Notes under the pieces: generated by a model
The model's input: only the letters and a program-made list of their open reading frames with translations
Told to the model about the DNA's origin: nothing
The model's database searches: none
Translations under genes and position numbers: made by a program
DNA from: Alphaproteobacteria bacterium
Lineage (GTDB): Bacteria > Pseudomonadota > Alphaproteobacteria > UBA828
Direction: 5' to 3'
Assembly: GCA_963422645.2 (NCBI GenBank)
Contig: CAXXVO010000004.1
Span: forward strand, 512,001-576,000
DNA length: 64,000 bases
In this document: positions 61,658 to 64,000 of the stretch, in pieces
How the letters are laid out: each line of letters starts with the position of its first letter
Position numbering within the stretch: the stretch's first letter is position 1

Positions 61658-63190
61658 ATGGACGACATCCTGCGCACGCTTGAAGAGCGCCGTACCCGCG
61701 CCCGGTTGGGCGGCGGCGAAGCGCGGATCGAGCGGCAGCATGCCAAGGGCAAGCTCACTGCCCGCGAGCGTCTGGAACTGCTGCTCGACGACGGCTCGTT
61801 CGAGGAATACGACGTGTTCGTCGAGCACCGCTCCTCGGACTTCGGCATGGCCGAGCAGCGCGTGCCGGGCGATGGCGTCGTTACCGGACGCGGCACGATC
61901 AACGGGCGGCTTGTCTTCGTCTTCAGCCAGGACTTCACCGTCTTCGGCGGCTCGCTTAGCGAGGCGCACGCGGAAAAGATCTGCAAGATCATGGATCACG
62001 CCATGCGGGTGGGCGCGCCGGTAGTGGGGCTCAACGATTCCGGCGGCGCGCGCATTCATGAGGGTGTGGCCTCGCTCGCGGGGTACGCGGAAGTGTTCCA
62101 GCGCAACGTCCTGGCCTCCGGCGTCGTTCCCCAGGTCTCGGTGATTATGGGCCCCTGCGCCGGCGGTGCGGTCTATTCGCCCGCCATGACCGATGCGATC
62201 TTCATGGTTGCGGACAGCGCCTACATGTTCGTGACCGGGCCGGACGTGGTGAAGACCGTCACCCACGAGGTGGTGACCCACGAGGAACTGGGCGGCGCGG
62301 GCACCCACACGGGCCGCTCGGGCGTCGCCGACCAGTCCTTCGACAACGATGTCGAGGCGCTGGCCGAGACCCGGCGCTTCATCGACTTTCTGCCTGCTAA
62401 CAATCGTGAGCAGCCGCCCGCGTGGCCGACCACGGATCCCCTAACCCGCGCGGAGCCCTCCCTCGACAGGCTGGTGCCGGCCAATCCCAATCAGCCCTAC
62501 GACATGAAGGAACTGATTGCGAAGGTGGTCGACGAGGGCGACTTCTTCGAGCTGAAGCCGGCATTCGCGCAGAACATCATCACAGGCTTCGGCCGCATCG
62601 CAGGCAGCACCATCGGCATCGTCGCAAACGAGCCGACCGTGCTAGCCGGCTGCCTCGATATCGCATCCTCGCGCAAGGCGGGGCGCTTCGTCCGGTTCTG
62701 CGACTGCTTCAACATTCCGCTGCTTACCTTCGTCGATGTGCCCGGCTTCCTGCCCGGCACCGACCAAGAATACGGCGCTATCATCACCCACGGCTCCAAG
62801 CTGCTTTACGCTTACGCCGAAGCGACAGTGCCCAAGGTCACCGTCATCACGCGCAAGGCCTATGGCGGCGCCTACGACGTGATGGCGTCCAAGCACCTGC
62901 GCGGCGATCTCAATTATGCGTGGCCGACTGCCGAGATTGCGGTCATGGGACCGAAAGGCGCGGTGGAGATCATCTTCCGCGGCTCGCTGGACGATCCCAC
63001 CGCCGTGGATGCCAAGACCGAGGAGTACCGCCGCACCTTCGCCAACCCCTTCGTTGCGGCAAGCCGCGGCTTCATCGACGACGTGATCCGCCCGCAGGAC
63101 ACCCGTGCCCGCGTCGCGCGCGCCTTCGAGACTCTGCGCACCAAGCGGCTCGAGAACCCGTGGAAGAAGCACGGGAATATCCCGTTGTAG
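61658..63190 (+). CDS. pccB: Propionyl-CoA carboxylase beta chain
   Basis: [53 protein letters not shown]. Confidence 0.93.
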   Translation: MDDILRTLEERRTRARLGGGEARIERQHAKGKLTARERLELLLDDGSFEEYDVFVEHRSSDFGMAEQRVPGDGVVTGRGTINGRLVFVFSQDFTVFGGSLSEAHAEKICKIMDHAMRVGAPVVGLNDSGGARIHEGVASLAGYAEVFQRNVLASGVVPQVSVIMGPCAGGAVYSPAMTDAIFMVADSAYMFVTGPDVVKTVTHEVVTHEELGGAGTHTGRSGVADQSFDNDVEALAETRRFIDFLPANNREQPPAWPTTDPLTRAEPSLDRLVPANPNQPYDMKELIAKVVDEGDFFELKPAFAQNIITGFGRIAGSTIGIVANEPTVLAGCLDIASSRKAGRFVRFCDCFNIPLLTFVDVPGFLPGTDQEYGAIITHGSKLLYAYAEATVPKVTVITRKAYGGAYDVMASKHLRGDLNYAWPTAEIAVMGPKGAVEIIFRGSLDDPTAVDAKTEEYRRTFANPFVAASRGFIDDVIRPQDTRARVARAFETLRTKRLENPWKKHGNIPL

Positions 63191-63206
63191 GGCGCGAGGG
63201 GCGGCG

Positions 63207-64000
<794 letters not shown>

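Overview
GC-rich bacterial DNA, probably alphaproteobacterial (inferred from gene content). Catabolic and transport operons are broken up by three dense insertion-sequence piles (18.2-25.4 kb, 29.3-38.8 kb, 50.5-60.0 kb). The metabolic genes are a sugar-type ABC operon with a GMC oxidoreductase, a CYTH-CHAD protein, a dimethylglycine-dehydrogenase-like GcvT protein with a peptide-type ABC system, two DddP-like M24 proteins, 2OG-Fe(II) oxygenases, hydantoinase A/B, a Liv-type ABC system, creatinase and pccBA. Most notable: (1) an IS66-family element (19-bp IRs, 18237-25426) carries a compact DNA adenine methyltransferase translationally coupled to its transposase; (2) it sits inside an unannotated, decayed MunI-like restriction endonuclease gene directly behind an intact MT-A70 methyltransferase; (3) an unclassified 2.5-kb IS (called ISX here, 16-bp IRs, about 785-aa transposase, 3 copies) is nested in the IS66 and itself interrupted by an IS1634; (4) IS66-end/ISX half-units recur at 53.7 and 57.0 kb; (5) a zinc-ribbon + DDE + probable ATPase three-gene transposon remnant; (6) an IS110 with a structured left non-coding end (bridge-RNA candidate). 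Family assignments come from motifs read by eye and from recalled family sequences; no database searches were run. No rRNA, tRNA or CRISPR array was recognised.
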